The notes beneath the pieces are model-generated. The model made no database searches, had not been told where the DNA came from, and saw only the letters and a list, made by a program, of their open reading frames with translations. Below are positions 9,425 through 19,745 of a stretch of DNA of 64,000 nucleotides, piece by piece. Location of the stretch: contig CBDFNS010000023.1 of NCBI GenBank assembly GCA_965250305.1, positions 182,623 to 246,622 on the forward strand, written 5' to 3'. The position numbers and the translations under genes were made by a program. Within the stretch, counting starts at the first letter, position 1. Every line of letters begins with the position of its first letter. Source of the DNA: Candidatus Multivoradales bacterium. GTDB taxonomy: Bacteria > Acidobacteriota > Thermoanaerobaculia > Multivoradales > J023.

Positions 9425-10552
9425 ATGCCCCGCTTGATTGTCGCAAACCTCGACGCCGAGTCTGAATTCGTGACGCTGACCGCCAAGCGCACCCGAATCG
9501 CCTTGAGTCGTGCGGCGCGCGCGGTTGCGGCGGAGGTCGGGACCTTGCTCCGTGCCTTTGCCCGCAAGGGCGACACCCTAAGCCTGCCAGCGCCGATCGA
9601 GCCGAGTCGTCTCGCTGCCGTCGAAGGCTTGCCGCGGCCGCCGGGTTTGGTCTCGATGCCAACGTCATCACCCGCATCGGTGCTGGCGTGGGCAGAGACC
9701 CCAAACATCGAACGGCTGCGTGGTGGGTGTGTCGGTGATGGGCCGCTCGGCGTCGAACGTGGGCTTCATGAAGCGTTGTGGCAGCTTCCCGTGCCGAGCC
9801 CCGCGGTGGCCGCGACGTGCAATGACCGTAGGTTGGCGCTGGAACTTGCTCGTACCCTCGGCACGGCGTCGTCGACAGCAAGAGTCGTGAGGTCATTCGA
9901 TCAGGTGGTTGAGGCTTCGGAGGAGGTTCCGGGGCCATGGGTGGTCAAGGCACGGTTCGCCGCGGCAGGCCGCTGGCGGTACATCCACCGCGGTGGGTCC
10001 CTACCGCGGGCACGAATTGCCGGGTTGCTTGCCCGCCATGGTCCGTTGGTCTTCGAGTCCTGGGTTGAGCGAACCGACGACTTCGGCGTCAGCGCGTTGC
10101 TCGACATCCAAGGAAAGGCGCGGATCGTGAGCTTCCACCGCCAGATGGTTGACCGCGATGGACGTTTCCGAGGTCTCGAGACCGCGGCAACGTTCACTTG
10201 CACCTTCGATCTTGCGGTGGGTGAACAAAAACAAGTCATGACCACGGTGAAAGCCGTTGGTGTCGCGCTTCACGAGCGCGGCTACGTGGGTCCCTTCGGG
10301 ATCGACGCTTGGCGCTACCGCACCGCTTCGGGTGATTCGAGCTTCCAATCACTCGGCGAGATCAACGCACGCATGACCGTTGGCTTGGTTGCGCGGGTGC
10401 TGATCGACCGCGTTCGGGCAATCCAGGGTTGGCGCGGCGCCGAGCGGATCGTGTTGCGCTTTGGACGGCGCGTGCCTGAGGGCGCGTTGGCCCTGCTACA
10501 TCCGGTCGGTCACCCAAAAGGCGGTGGTGCGATCTGGCTGGAGGTTTCGTGA
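9425..10552 (+). CDS. ATP-grasp fold enzyme (putative carboxylate-amine/peptide ligase)
   Basis: WVVKARFAAAGRW (ATP-binding Lys), GPFGIDAW and EINARMT (the E-x-N metal ligands) match ATP-grasp arrangement. Confidence 0.5.
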   Translation: MPRLIVANLDAESEFVTLTAKRTRIALSRAARAVAAEVGTLLRAFARKGDTLSLPAPIEPSRLAAVEGLPRPPGLVSMPTSSPASVLAWAETPNIERLRGGCVGDGPLGVERGLHEALWQLPVPSPAVAATCNDRRLALELARTLGTASSTARVVRSFDQVVEASEEVPGPWVVKARFAAAGRWRYIHRGGSLPRARIAGLLARHGPLVFESWVERTDDFGVSALLDIQGKARIVSFHRQMVDRDGRFRGLETAATFTCTFDLAVGEQKQVMTTVKAVGVALHERGYVGPFGIDAWRYRTASGDSSFQSLGEINARMTVGLVARVLIDRVRAIQGWRGAERIVLRFGRRVPEGALALLHPVGHPKGGGAIWLEVS

Positions 10553-11045
10553 GAGCTGGACCAAAGAAGAATCGCATGTGGAAGTCAGACCAAGGAGAAC
10601 GAGCAGTGACCTCCGCCCGTCGGCACGGGCCGGGAGCTACGCGAGGCCCGGATGGTCCTGCTTGGGGAACGTCTGAATTCTGACACACGCTTGGACTCGA
10701 TCACACGAACCTCAATCTTGGCGGCACCCGTTCGAGCGCAACAAATGCGGTGCGGACCACCGTCGTCGGTTTCGGCTCCGATGGGCCTACGCCAACATGC
10801 ATAGGATCCCGACTCCGTCTGCGACGGCAAGGTCAATGAGGCCCGATCACGATTCTTCCACTAAGCGCGAGGCTCGCACCAGCAGATGTATTCCGCCAAG
10901 CTATTCACCGATATGATCCGATCGGCGGTTTTAGCCGTGTGACGCTGCCCTACGCACATATACGAAATCAGCAGAGAGTTCCCGCCGAGTGGCCATGGCA
11001 GGATCTCTCTCCGAGTCACATCTTTCGATTGGCTTCACGTTTCTC

Positions 11046-12422
11046 GGTACGGGAGTTATGCTCGAATCTTGTGTATGAGGAGCAAATCAGGTGGCGTATC
11101 CTGAATCGGATCTCCAAGTTCGATTCACCCTCAACAACGAGGAGATACGCCATGACCGAGAATACAATAGTCCCGATTCGACAGCCGGAAGCCCCCCGAG
11201 ATGCTCTGACGGCGGTGCTTCGGGTTGGTGCCCGCCAGCTACTTGCCGAAGCGATCGAGTCTGAGGTCGGCTCGTTCCTCGCCGAGTACCGCCAGGAACG
11301 CGACGAGATTGGTCGCCAGCGCCTCGTACGCAACGGCTATCTGCCGGAGCGTGAGATCCAAACAGGCCTTGGTGGGGTGCCGGTAAGAGTGCCTCGTGTC
11401 CGCGATCGGGTGGCAACGAAGGGCGATGGTTTGCAGTTCCGCTCGAAGCTCGTGCCACCCTACCTTCGTCGCGCCAAGAGCGTGGAGGAGCTTCTGCCGT
11501 GGCTGTACCTTCGAGGGCTCTCCACGGGCGACTTCTCTGAAGCCCTTGGTGCTCTTCTGGGTCCGGATGCTCCCGGCCTGTCAGCGCCGACGGTCAGCCG
11601 ACTGAAGAAGGTTTGGACGAAGGACTACGAAGGTTGGCGGGTTCGCAATTTCACGGACAAGCGGTACGTGTACGTGTGGGCTGACGCCATCCATTGCAAG
11701 GTGCGCCTCGACGACGCCAAGCTGTGCTTGCTGGTGCTGATCGGAGCTACAGACGACGGCAAGAAGGAGCTGATCGCCGTCGAGGATGGGTATCGTGAGA
11801 GCGCGGCTTCGTGGACGGAAATGCTGCGCGGCCTCGAAGCCCGTGGTCTCTCCATCGAGCCTGAACTGGCGGTCGGTGACGGAGCGCTCGGTTTCTGGAA
11901 GGCGCTTGCTCAGGTCTGGGGCAACACGAAGAAACAGCGTTGTTGGGTACACAAGACGGGAAACGTCCTGAACTACCTGCCGAAATCGGTGCAGCCAAAG
12001 GCCAAGCAAGCGCTTCATGAAATCTGGATGGCCGAGGAAGCCTTCGACGCCTTCGTGACCATCTACGAGGCCAAGTATCCGAAGGCGACCGCTTGCCTGG
12101 AAAAGGACCGAATCGAGCTGCTCGCCTTCTACGACTTCCCGGCCGAACACTGGGCTCACCTGCGAACGACAAATCCAATCGAATCGACCTTCGCAACAGT
12201 CAGGCTGAGGACCGCCAAGACTCGTGGTTGCCTCTCTCGGCAAACGATGCTGACCATGGTCTTCAAGCTCTGCCAGGCTGCCGAGAAACGATGGCGAAGA
12301 CTACATGGTTACAAGCTGCTCGCTGACGTCATCAGAGGCGTCAAGTTTGTCGATGGAATCCGAGAAGACAGGATCGCCGCCTGATACTCCGTACACAACA
12401 ATTGACCATAGCTCTCGGTACG
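11046..12422 (+). mobile_element. IS256-family insertion sequence with about 35-bp imperfect terminal inverted repeats
   Basis: Left end ggtacgggagttatgctcgaatcttgtgtatgagg (11046-11080) matches the reverse complement of the right end ctccgtacacaacaattgaccatagctctcggtac (12387-12421) at about 27/35 positions. No clear 8-bp target duplication was seen. Confidence 0.65.
11152..12384 (+). CDS. IS256-family (mutator-type) transposase
   Basis: 410 aa from the ATG at 11152 (RBS GGAGATACGCC ATG) and typical IS256 Tnp architecture. The ORF-track start at 10939 is an artefactual upstream extension. Confidence 0.88.
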   Translation: MTENTIVPIRQPEAPRDALTAVLRVGARQLLAEAIESEVGSFLAEYRQERDEIGRQRLVRNGYLPEREIQTGLGGVPVRVPRVRDRVATKGDGLQFRSKLVPPYLRRAKSVEELLPWLYLRGLSTGDFSEALGALLGPDAPGLSAPTVSRLKKVWTKDYEGWRVRNFTDKRYVYVWADAIHCKVRLDDAKLCLLVLIGATDDGKKELIAVEDGYRESAASWTEMLRGLEARGLSIEPELAVGDGALGFWKALAQVWGNTKKQRCWVHKTGNVLNYLPKSVQPKAKQALHEIWMAEEAFDAFVTIYEAKYPKATACLEKDRIELLAFYDFPAEHWAHLRTTNPIESTFATVRLRTAKTRGCLSRQTMLTMVFKLCQAAEKRWRRLHGYKLLADVIRGVKFVDGIREDRIAA

Positions 12423-12685
12423 GTCGCTTAAGCCGCTCGGCCTCCGGGGCCTTGACTCGTCATTGGCATGGCGGTATGTTCCCCGGAGTACACTCTTGCC
12501 TGGCAGCGCAGCTCAATGACCACGGTGGCGTAAGACCGTTAAGGGTGCCTATCGGGCTTCGTAGAAGTTTGTAGAATAGAACGTAAAGTTCACCAAGCCC
12601 AACGTTCGCATTCACCTGTATGGCCGAGTAGAAGTACCTCGAAGTATGCAGAACTCAGACAACGATCAGTCGGGGGTCATTCTCG

Positions 12686-14353
12686 ATGTCGGCACAAATG
12701 CAAGCGCCTCTGAAAGTTAGCCTCTCAAAGCCCGTAGGGACACTTGCTGCAGTTGGTGGTGGCTTGCTTATTGCGATCTCTCTTCTCGGTTTTTCATGCG
12801 CGTACTTTGTAGCTAGAGCCGTGCACCGGGCGCTACTTGAGGAAGGTGGCGAGCTGCAGGGGAGAGAATTTGGTGCAACCCTGCTACTTGGGCTAGGTGG
12901 GATCGCCTTGTTGGGATTCTTTGTTGTAGGCCTCGGGGAATGCATAGCAGGTGTCAGGAGACTATTACGTCCAGAACTCGAAGTGCCTGGCCCTGAACCG
13001 TTTCGCGACTATCAAGGGGAAGTGACCTCCGCTCTTGCCGAAGGAATACTAAAGGTGTACGGAAGTCTGTCTGGGCGGCTTCGACTACTGTTCGGCAAGA
13101 ACATTGTCTCTCTTCCGCCTGTGTCCCACAAAATCGTTGCGCGAAATGGGAACTCCATCTTTCGGCGGGTCTTTACCATTCCGACTCTAGTCTTCGTTCT
13201 CGCGATAATGTATTTTCAAGGTGCGGGCCTCGCGCTTATGTTCCCCTTCGTGCTGCTGGTAGTTGCGGGATTCGTTCAAACAGCAGTCGAATACTGCTTC
13301 TCGAAGGCGCTGGTTGCAGAACGCCCGGCCGAGGCCAACGTGGACCACGCGTCCCGACACTACAAAGGGTTTGGGCACCCGACTCACCTGTTTTCACGGT
13401 TGCCGATATCCGCGAGCCAGCTCGCGCTTCCAGGGTATCCGAATAGAGTCTACAAGTGGGGTGAAACGGAAAAGCCCGGAGTGGTAAGGGACACTGGCGA
13501 GTTTTCAGCCACGCTCTTTATTGAGCGCCAGCCTCAGGTATTGGATACTGAAAGCTCTGCGGCCGGCAAATGGCTTGTTGCGACTGGCTGGGCCTGGAGG
13601 TTACTCTCTGCCGCTCTCTTGGTCTTCGTCTTCACGCCTGCGGGAGGCTGGGTCACAACGTCGGGCCCGGGTACCGTCCTCCTTGTTGCAGCAGTATCAC
13701 GTCTATTCCATAAAGGAAGTGTTTACAAACGGCAGGGCGTTAGCCTGCTTGATTCGCTTCGCTTCAGTTCTATCGGGGCTCTCCTCAACGTCCAGGGAGA
13801 GATCTCCCGAGCTAATGTAAAGATTGGCGGAAATTCTGTCGATTCCGTTGGCTCTGAGACCTTAGCGACAAGGTCGAACTTCACGGTGCAGCTGTCGGCA
13901 GCCGAACTCCTAAGCGAAGCAGTTGCCGTAGATGAATCGCGGCATCTACTCCAGTTGCGGAGATCTGATGCGAGCGAGCAATGGACTAGTGAGATCCTAG
14001 AAGGAATCGAGGCGCTCAGAGAGGAACGAGTTAGGCTGGTCGGTATCGAAACGAGTTCGTCTGAGTTCGTAGAGATGGCGGAGGTGAATCGGCAGCTACT
14101 GGCTGAAAGGGCTGCTTTGCTGAGTACGCCTCGGGCACCGGTCGTAGTGAGATCAGAACCTCCTTCGAGTCCAAGACTGCCGGAAATCTCGGATTCAGGC
14201 AAGAACCAAGACGGTTTAGATGAGCCGGCTGCAGGCTTCAAGGATTGTCCCGATTGTGCGGAGCGCATTCGGGAAGGCGCGCGGAAGTGCCGATTTTGCG
14301 GGATTAGATTCGATGCTGCGGTGGCAGGCAGTCCGGCAAAGGGAGTAGATTGA
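12686..14353 (+). CDS. Multi-pass membrane protein with a C-terminal CPxC...CxxC zinc ribbon; function unknown
   Basis: At least 4 predicted TM segments in the N-terminal half and a coiled-coil-like middle. The C-terminus has CPDCAERIREGARKCRFCG. GC is about 50-52%, far below the flanks, and the gene is adjacent to the IS256. Confidence 0.6.
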   Translation: MSAQMQAPLKVSLSKPVGTLAAVGGGLLIAISLLGFSCAYFVARAVHRALLEEGGELQGREFGATLLLGLGGIALLGFFVVGLGECIAGVRRLLRPELEVPGPEPFRDYQGEVTSALAEGILKVYGSLSGRLRLLFGKNIVSLPPVSHKIVARNGNSIFRRVFTIPTLVFVLAIMYFQGAGLALMFPFVLLVVAGFVQTAVEYCFSKALVAERPAEANVDHASRHYKGFGHPTHLFSRLPISASQLALPGYPNRVYKWGETEKPGVVRDTGEFSATLFIERQPQVLDTESSAAGKWLVATGWAWRLLSAALLVFVFTPAGGWVTTSGPGTVLLVAAVSRLFHKGSVYKRQGVSLLDSLRFSSIGALLNVQGEISRANVKIGGNSVDSVGSETLATRSNFTVQLSAAELLSEAVAVDESRHLLQLRRSDASEQWTSEILEGIEALREERVRLVGIETSSSEFVEMAEVNRQLLAERAALLSTPRAPVVVRSEPPSSPRLPEISDSGKNQDGLDEPAAGFKDCPDCAERIREGARKCRFCGIRFDAAVAGSPAKGVD

Positions 14354-14369
14354 GGTGCTCCGAGGCCGA

Positions 14370-15941
14370 TCAATCGCCCGCGAGTGGCAAGGCGTAGCAA
14401 GCGGCCTGCCGGTGGTTGCGCACCAGGAGGTGGCGGCCGGCGAGGGCGGGGGTGTTCCATGTGCGCCCTTCGATGGCTTGGAACCGACCGAGCTCGTTGT
14501 ACGTCTTGGGCGTGGCTTCCACCAACGCGACTTCGCCCTTTTCGCTCAGGATCACCAACAGATCGTCAACCAATAGAGTCTGGCCGTGGCCGTAGCGGCC
14601 ACGTTTCCATGCCCGTTCGCCGGTCTCGACCGAGACACTGACCAGGATGCCGTCGTCGAGGCCATAGAGGTGGTCGTTGCGGTGGACGACTTGGGTGAAC
14701 TTGGCCTTTAGATTGGCGTTGGCCCAACGCTGAATCGCCCGCAAGTCACCATCGGCCCCCGGCGCAATTTCGAACAGGGCGCTTCCCACGCCATAGCCGC
14801 TGGAAACGAAGAGTTGCGAGCCGGGCAGCACGACGGGCTGGGAGGTACGCTCGGTTGGCGGCCAGCTGGCCTGCCACAGCGCCCTGCCTTGCAGGTCATG
14901 GCCGCTCAACCCACCGCCGTGGAACACGACGATTTGGTCGATGCCCGCGAGCGTCGCGCGCAGGGGTGAGCTGTAGGCCGCGGCCAACTCGCCGCCCGAC
15001 CACACCGGTTCACCGGTGGTCCGATCGTAGGCCGTGAGGCCACGGTTGCGGGCCTCACCACCTGCCAAGATCACGATGGTGTCGTCGACGATCAGCGGTG
15101 AGGCGCTGACGCCGTAGTCAGGCCGTCGCGCATCGGCGTCGGTGAGCACGTTGCGCGACCAGGAGACCTGGCCGGTCGCAAGGTCGAGACGGTTGAGGAT
15201 GCCTGTTGCGCCGAGGCTGTAGACCGCGCCATCTGCGATGGTCGGCGTCGCGCGCGGGCCATCGCCGCCCAACACGTCTTCGTGACGAGCCTCGTCGCCG
15301 TGCGACCAGAGCGGCTCACCGGTCTCGAGATCGTAGGCGACAACGGTCTCCGCGCTACCGCGCTGCTCGTGGGTCACCGCGATGCCACCGACTACCGCGA
15401 AACCGGCGTTGCCAGCGCCAACATCGCGGCGCCACAGCAGCTGCGGTGGGTTGGCCTGCCAGTCGCGCGCCAGACGGATGCCATCCACGGTCGCGTTCCG
15501 GTTGGCGCCGAGGAACTGTGGAAAGTCACCTTCGCCCGGTCGTGACGATGCGGCGCGTGCTGCGTGGCCCGTACCAGCAACGGGCTCGAGGGCCTCATCC
15601 ACTTCCGGCGACCACTTCCACGACAGCTTCGGCACGACATCGCCCGAGAAGCTGCGTATTTCGAGGGTCAACGCACCGAGGATTCCGAGACCCGCGAGCG
15701 TGCCCAGGACCAGGAGCTTGGTGATTCCCCGCAAGCGCGAGAGAAACAGGAACCAGATGAACAACAGGAGGGTGGATATGGCCGCAACGGACATCGTTGT
15801 CAGCACCCGTTCCTGGCGGCTGCTGGCGGGCATCCACGCCCAGATCCAAATCACGGTGGCACCGGTCAAAGCGCCGACCAGCAGGGCGGGCCACCAGCGA
15901 ATAGCGCGATGCGATGTTTGTGTCACGGGTGGATGCGTCAT
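14370..15941 (-). CDS. PQQ-like (BamB-type) beta-propeller repeat protein with an N-terminal TM anchor
   Basis: Repeated ...GxVYALDLATGE.LWS.. style blades (AYDLETGEPLWS, NRLDLATGQVSWS, AYDRTTGEPVWS). ATG at 15941 (MTHPP). Confidence 0.75.
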   Translation of the reverse strand: MTHPPVTQTSHRAIRWWPALLVGALTGATVIWIWAWMPASSRQERVLTTMSVAAISTLLLFIWFLFLSRLRGITKLLVLGTLAGLGILGALTLEIRSFSGDVVPKLSWKWSPEVDEALEPVAGTGHAARAASSRPGEGDFPQFLGANRNATVDGIRLARDWQANPPQLLWRRDVGAGNAGFAVVGGIAVTHEQRGSAETVVAYDLETGEPLWSHGDEARHEDVLGGDGPRATPTIADGAVYSLGATGILNRLDLATGQVSWSRNVLTDADARRPDYGVSASPLIVDDTIVILAGGEARNRGLTAYDRTTGEPVWSGGELAAAYSSPLRATLAGIDQIVVFHGGGLSGHDLQGRALWQASWPPTERTSQPVVLPGSQLFVSSGYGVGSALFEIAPGADGDLRAIQRWANANLKAKFTQVVHRNDHLYGLDDGILVSVSVETGERAWKRGRYGHGQTLLVDDLLVILSEKGEVALVEATPKTYNELGRFQAIEGRTWNTPALAGRHLLVRNHRQAACYALPLAGD

Positions 15942-16287
15942 TGGTTGGTGTTGGAGGGCGCCGAACACGCCAACGCGTATTGTAGTCGCCCGCGTCGAAC
16001 ATCGAACGGTGTTTTCGGTTACTGCTTCATGCTGGGAACCAGGCCAGCGTCGACCAGGCCTGCTCCAGCCACTGTGCAGCGAGCCGATGCCCGCTCGCGG
16101 TGCCCAATCGCGGCCATTTTGTCAGATTGTTGGCGCGGTGCCCGTCGTGTACGACAGACATGCGTACGAAAAAGTAGACGCTTGTCCGGGGGGTACTGCG
16201 ACCGCGGTCAGCGACGTGGCCCGGCCTGATCGCACCGTGGGCGGGATTTGCTGCAACTGGCCCCACAGCCAGGAGGTGTGCAGGTTA

Positions 16288-16302
16288 TGGCACCGGCTTT
16301 GC
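16288..16302 (+). promoter_or_regulatory. Sigma-54 (-24/-12) promoter TGGCAC-N5-TTGC
   Basis: tggcaccggctttgc has GG and GC spaced exactly as in the RpoN consensus, about 50 nt upstream of the 16354 start. The operon it precedes ends with a sigma-54-dependent activator. Confidence 0.55.
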
Positions 16303-16353
16303 TGTTTATCGACGCGAGTCGTGAGATTGCATTTTGATCGAGGAGTCCGCTGA

Positions 16354-17766
16354 ATGGCGCGCGTACATCGTCAAACCGTGAACGTTTTCTGGTTACTTGT
16401 CTTCGTGTTGACGGCCGACGTGGCGCAGTGCGCTGCCCCGCCCGCGCAACCGTCTACGAAGCTGTGGATCGAGACGATCGTCGTGGACGGGTTGACCTAC
16501 GCATCTTCGGCGTTGATCGTGGCGGAGGCGCGCTTGGTCGGTGAACAGTCGTACTCGGAATCGGCCCTGCGGGATGCGGTTCACCGGGTGCGGCGGTTGC
16601 CGTTTGTGCGCGACGCTGAGTTCGAGCTTCGTCGAGGAAGCGCGCGTGGGCGCTACGAACTGGTGATCGCCGTGGACGAGACCAATCGGGTGTTCTTGGG
16701 TGAAGACGCTGTCGTTACCCGCGCCAACCCCGATCTTGCCCTTGGCGGAGGGCGCCCCAAAGCCCAATCGGTATCGAGCGCTCCGCAGGTCGGTGGGCGG
16801 CTCTTCCTCGGTCCTTACGACGTTGTGTTCGGTGCGATCGGCGGCGGAACCGGCGTGCGGGTTGGCTACCAACGCTACAATTTTCTGGGCCGCGGGGGTG
16901 TCTTCGGGGTCGCGGTACAACGGGCCGAGTGCTGCTCGAACCAGATCCATGACCTAGGACTCGACCCGACGTTCAGTGTCTGGCGGGACGAGGGGGAGAC
17001 CCATCAACTGGATCTCAATGTCGGCGTACCGTTGCGCGGGAGCCAAAGTCTCGAGCTACGCTACTCTCATCGCCGAAGCGACAAGGGGACGCGCCGCGCT
17101 GGCTTGCTTGATGCTGAGGCACTGGAGCTGGGTCAGTACGCGCAATTCGCCTACAAGGACCTCCGGCGGCACCGGCTCGAGATCGCCTGGCGTCGCGATA
17201 CCACCGATGACCCGATGTTCCCGCGGCAAGGCGCGGTCGTGCGGGCCGGTTTCGATGCATCGTTTTTCGCAGCGGACCAAAGGGCTGGGCTTGCGACGTT
17301 GGATGGTGTCGCCTTGATGACCGACGGCGTCCTGCCGACGACGCACACACGGCAAATTCGTTTGCTGCTTGCCGCCGAGAAAACGTGGAGCGCTGGCCGG
17401 CGCCATGCCGTGTCGTTCGGCGTGCACGGTGCCGCTGGACGCGCACAGCTGGAGAATCTACCCGTCGATGTCCAGCGAATCGACGGCGTGCCGATGCCGA
17501 TCGTGGCGAGCGAGAATCCCGATGTCTGGGCAGCCGGTCTCAGTGCGCGCTACACCGTCAGTGTGTTTTCGGCGTCGCAGGCGCGTCGGTTTGGCGAGCT
17601 GTATTGGCAGAACCGTTTGAGTGTCGATTTCGAGGAAGCCGATGTCGCTTTTCCTTCAGCCCACGGTAGTCGGCTGGAAGTCATCAAGCTGGAAACATCG
17701 ATCGCGTTGCGCAGCACGTGGGGGCTGTTTCGCCTGACTTTTCAACTGCTCGAACTCTCGTCGTAG
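16354..17766 (+). CDS. POTRA-domain outer-membrane protein (ShlB/FhaC/BamA-like)
   Basis: Signal peptide, a POTRA-like N-terminal region (LWIETIVVDGLTYASSALIVAEARLVG...YELVIAVDE) and a Gly/aromatic-rich, beta-barrel-like remainder. Confidence 0.5.
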   Translation: MARVHRQTVNVFWLLVFVLTADVAQCAAPPAQPSTKLWIETIVVDGLTYASSALIVAEARLVGEQSYSESALRDAVHRVRRLPFVRDAEFELRRGSARGRYELVIAVDETNRVFLGEDAVVTRANPDLALGGGRPKAQSVSSAPQVGGRLFLGPYDVVFGAIGGGTGVRVGYQRYNFLGRGGVFGVAVQRAECCSNQIHDLGLDPTFSVWRDEGETHQLDLNVGVPLRGSQSLELRYSHRRSDKGTRRAGLLDAEALELGQYAQFAYKDLRRHRLEIAWRRDTTDDPMFPRQGAVVRAGFDASFFAADQRAGLATLDGVALMTDGVLPTTHTRQIRLLLAAEKTWSAGRRHAVSFGVHGAAGRAQLENLPVDVQRIDGVPMPIVASENPDVWAAGLSARYTVSVFSASQARRFGELYWQNRLSVDFEEADVAFPSAHGSRLEVIKLETSIALRSTWGLFRLTFQLLELSS

Positions 17767-17769
17767 ATT

Positions 17770-18438
17770 ATGACCGGAGGTTTGGTCATCGCGTGTGTCC
17801 TGGTGTCGGCGCTTGCCGCGGAAGCACCGCGTGGTGAGCCGGTTGTCGAGCAAGCCGAGGGCGCCACAACGGTGCAAATCTCGGCGTTGCCGCAGTCGGT
17901 TCTTGCTGACGAGGCGATCCGCAAGCAGTTGACCAGTGGCTTGACGACGAGCCTGGTGCTACGGGCACGCGCCGTGGGCGGAGGCACCGGCAGGATTGAA
18001 GGTGGTGCGCAAGTGACGATTCGGTTCGAGCCATGGGACGAGGTGTTTTTGGTGCGCGCAGTGGGAATCGATGGTCGAGGTGGTCGCGCGACATTCGAGT
18101 CATTCAGTGACCTCGAGGCCTGGTGGCGCGATCTCCATTTGACCGTGGTGGACGATCCTCGTTTACTACGATCCAGCGCGCGTCGCGTGCGGGTCGAGCT
18201 TGATGTCGTGCCGTTTTCTGAGCAAGAACAGCGGGACACTCAGCGTTGGTTCGCCGATGTCCTCGACGAAGCAGGCGCAGCCAGTGAGGTGGGCGAGTCC
18301 ACCCGCCAAGGAAATGATGCGCTGCGCCAGGTGTTCCATCTTCTGATGGCCACCTCCATTCGGCGCCACCCGCTGGCGAGCTTCGAGTGGACTGTTCCAC
18401 TTGTTCGACCACCATCGACACCGGAGATGCGGCCTTGA
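17770..18438 (+). CDS. DUF4390-like periplasmic protein, an NtrY/NtrX-type operon companion
   Basis: Signal peptide, and its position immediately upstream of a histidine kinase + sigma54 regulator pair as in DUF4390-ntrYX-type operons. The family call is from gene order and length, not verified by profile. Confidence 0.5.
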   Translation: MTGGLVIACVLVSALAAEAPRGEPVVEQAEGATTVQISALPQSVLADEAIRKQLTSGLTTSLVLRARAVGGGTGRIEGGAQVTIRFEPWDEVFLVRAVGIDGRGGRATFESFSDLEAWWRDLHLTVVDDPRLLRSSARRVRVELDVVPFSEQEQRDTQRWFADVLDEAGAASEVGESTRQGNDALRQVFHLLMATSIRRHPLASFEWTVPLVRPPSTPEMRP

Positions 18439-19745
18439 ATCGCGGCGAACCGTGGCGGGTTTCGGTGTTGTTGGCCGTGATCGCCCTGGTTGCGGCCGGC
18501 GTCATGTTGGCGATTCTTCAGCAACGAGTCGCTGGCTCGCTGTTGGCGGTGGATGGGAGCCCACAGGTGATCGCGTTGCTCGAAGCCTCTCGCGACGATC
18601 AGCGAACGCTTGCAACCGGTGATCCGGTGGCCGCACTCCATCATCGCGAACGGTTTGGGGAGCTCGACACCTTGCTGCGACGGTTGCGCATCCTCGACCA
18701 CAGTCGCAACGACATCATCAGGTGCTACCGGGTCATTCTGCTGGCCGTGTCCATGCTCGTGGTCGGGTTGGTAGTGGGCGCGACCGCGGTGCGGCAAAGC
18801 CGGCGAGGGCAACGACTCTCTCGCTTGCAGGCGGCTCTTGGTGACTTGGCGGCGGGACGCTCGGATCTCGACCTCGGTCCCAGCAAGCGCGACCTGATCG
18901 GTCGCATCGAAATGATGGTCGTACTGGCATCTCGGGTCATGGCGCGAGATCGTCGCCGACTCGAGGGGCTGCGCAATCTCTCGACCTGGCAAGAGGCCGC
19001 GCGTCGTCACGCCCACGAAATGCGGACGCCCCTAACCGGAGCACGCCTGGAGCTCGCTCGGCTGGAGGATCTGGCGGTCGTCCTCGAGCGGACTGCCCCC
19101 GAAGATCAGGCCGCGGCGCTGCGCCAAGCGGCCAAAAGCGCCCTGCAAGAGCTGGAACGGCTACGACGATTCACCCAAGCGTTTACCTCGTTTGCGCGGC
19201 TGCCCAAGGCCCAGCTCGTACCGCTGGATCTTCATGCGTTGTCCAACGAATTTGTCGCGATGTTTGCGGACGCGTGGCCCGGTGTGCGCCTGGTTCCGGC
19301 GGCCGCCATACCTCCGGTGCGGGTGCGCGCCGACCGCGATCTGATCCGCCAAGTCCTGGTCAATCTATGCGACAACGCGGCCCAAGCGATGGGCGAATCA
19401 GGCGGTGTGATTCGGCTTCTTTTTGTCGACCAAGAATCAACGAATCGAGTCGTAGGGGCGAGCGAACGCATGGTGGCAGGCCGCAATCTGCCGGCCAATA
19501 CGGTTGCGCTCGACGTCGTCGACGATGGGCCCGGGATTGACCCGGCGCTTGCTGACCGGCTGTTCGAGCCCTACACCACCACCCGAAGTATTGGTGAAGG
19601 AATGGGGCTTGGCTTGGCGATCTCACGCAAGCTGATGCTCGATCAAGACGGAGATCTCGAAGTGCTCCCGGCCAACACGGTGGGTGCCACCTTTCGCCTT
19701 ACCCTGCCCGACGACGACTCGTGCGGGACCGGAGACCCATCATGA
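18434..19745 (+). CDS. Sensor histidine kinase (HisKA + HATPase_c)
   Basis: H-box HEMRTPLTGA, N-box LVNLCDNAAQA, G-boxes DDGPGIDP and GMGLGLAIS, and N-terminal TM segments. A TTG start overlapping the upstream stop is likely (cTTGA); the ORF-track start at 18387 is the alternative. Confidence 0.85.

Noticed and set aside
10939-11151. N-terminal extension of the IS256 transposase ORF
   Set aside because: The ATG at 11152 has a proper RBS and gives the canonical approximately 410-aa length. The extension lies partly in the left inverted repeat.
15206-16353. Large plus-strand ORFs (172 and 323 aa) opposite the PQQ-propeller gene
   Set aside because: Arg/Pro-rich, low-complexity translations typical of antisense frames in high-GC genes. 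The minus-strand gene has clear repeat-domain structure.
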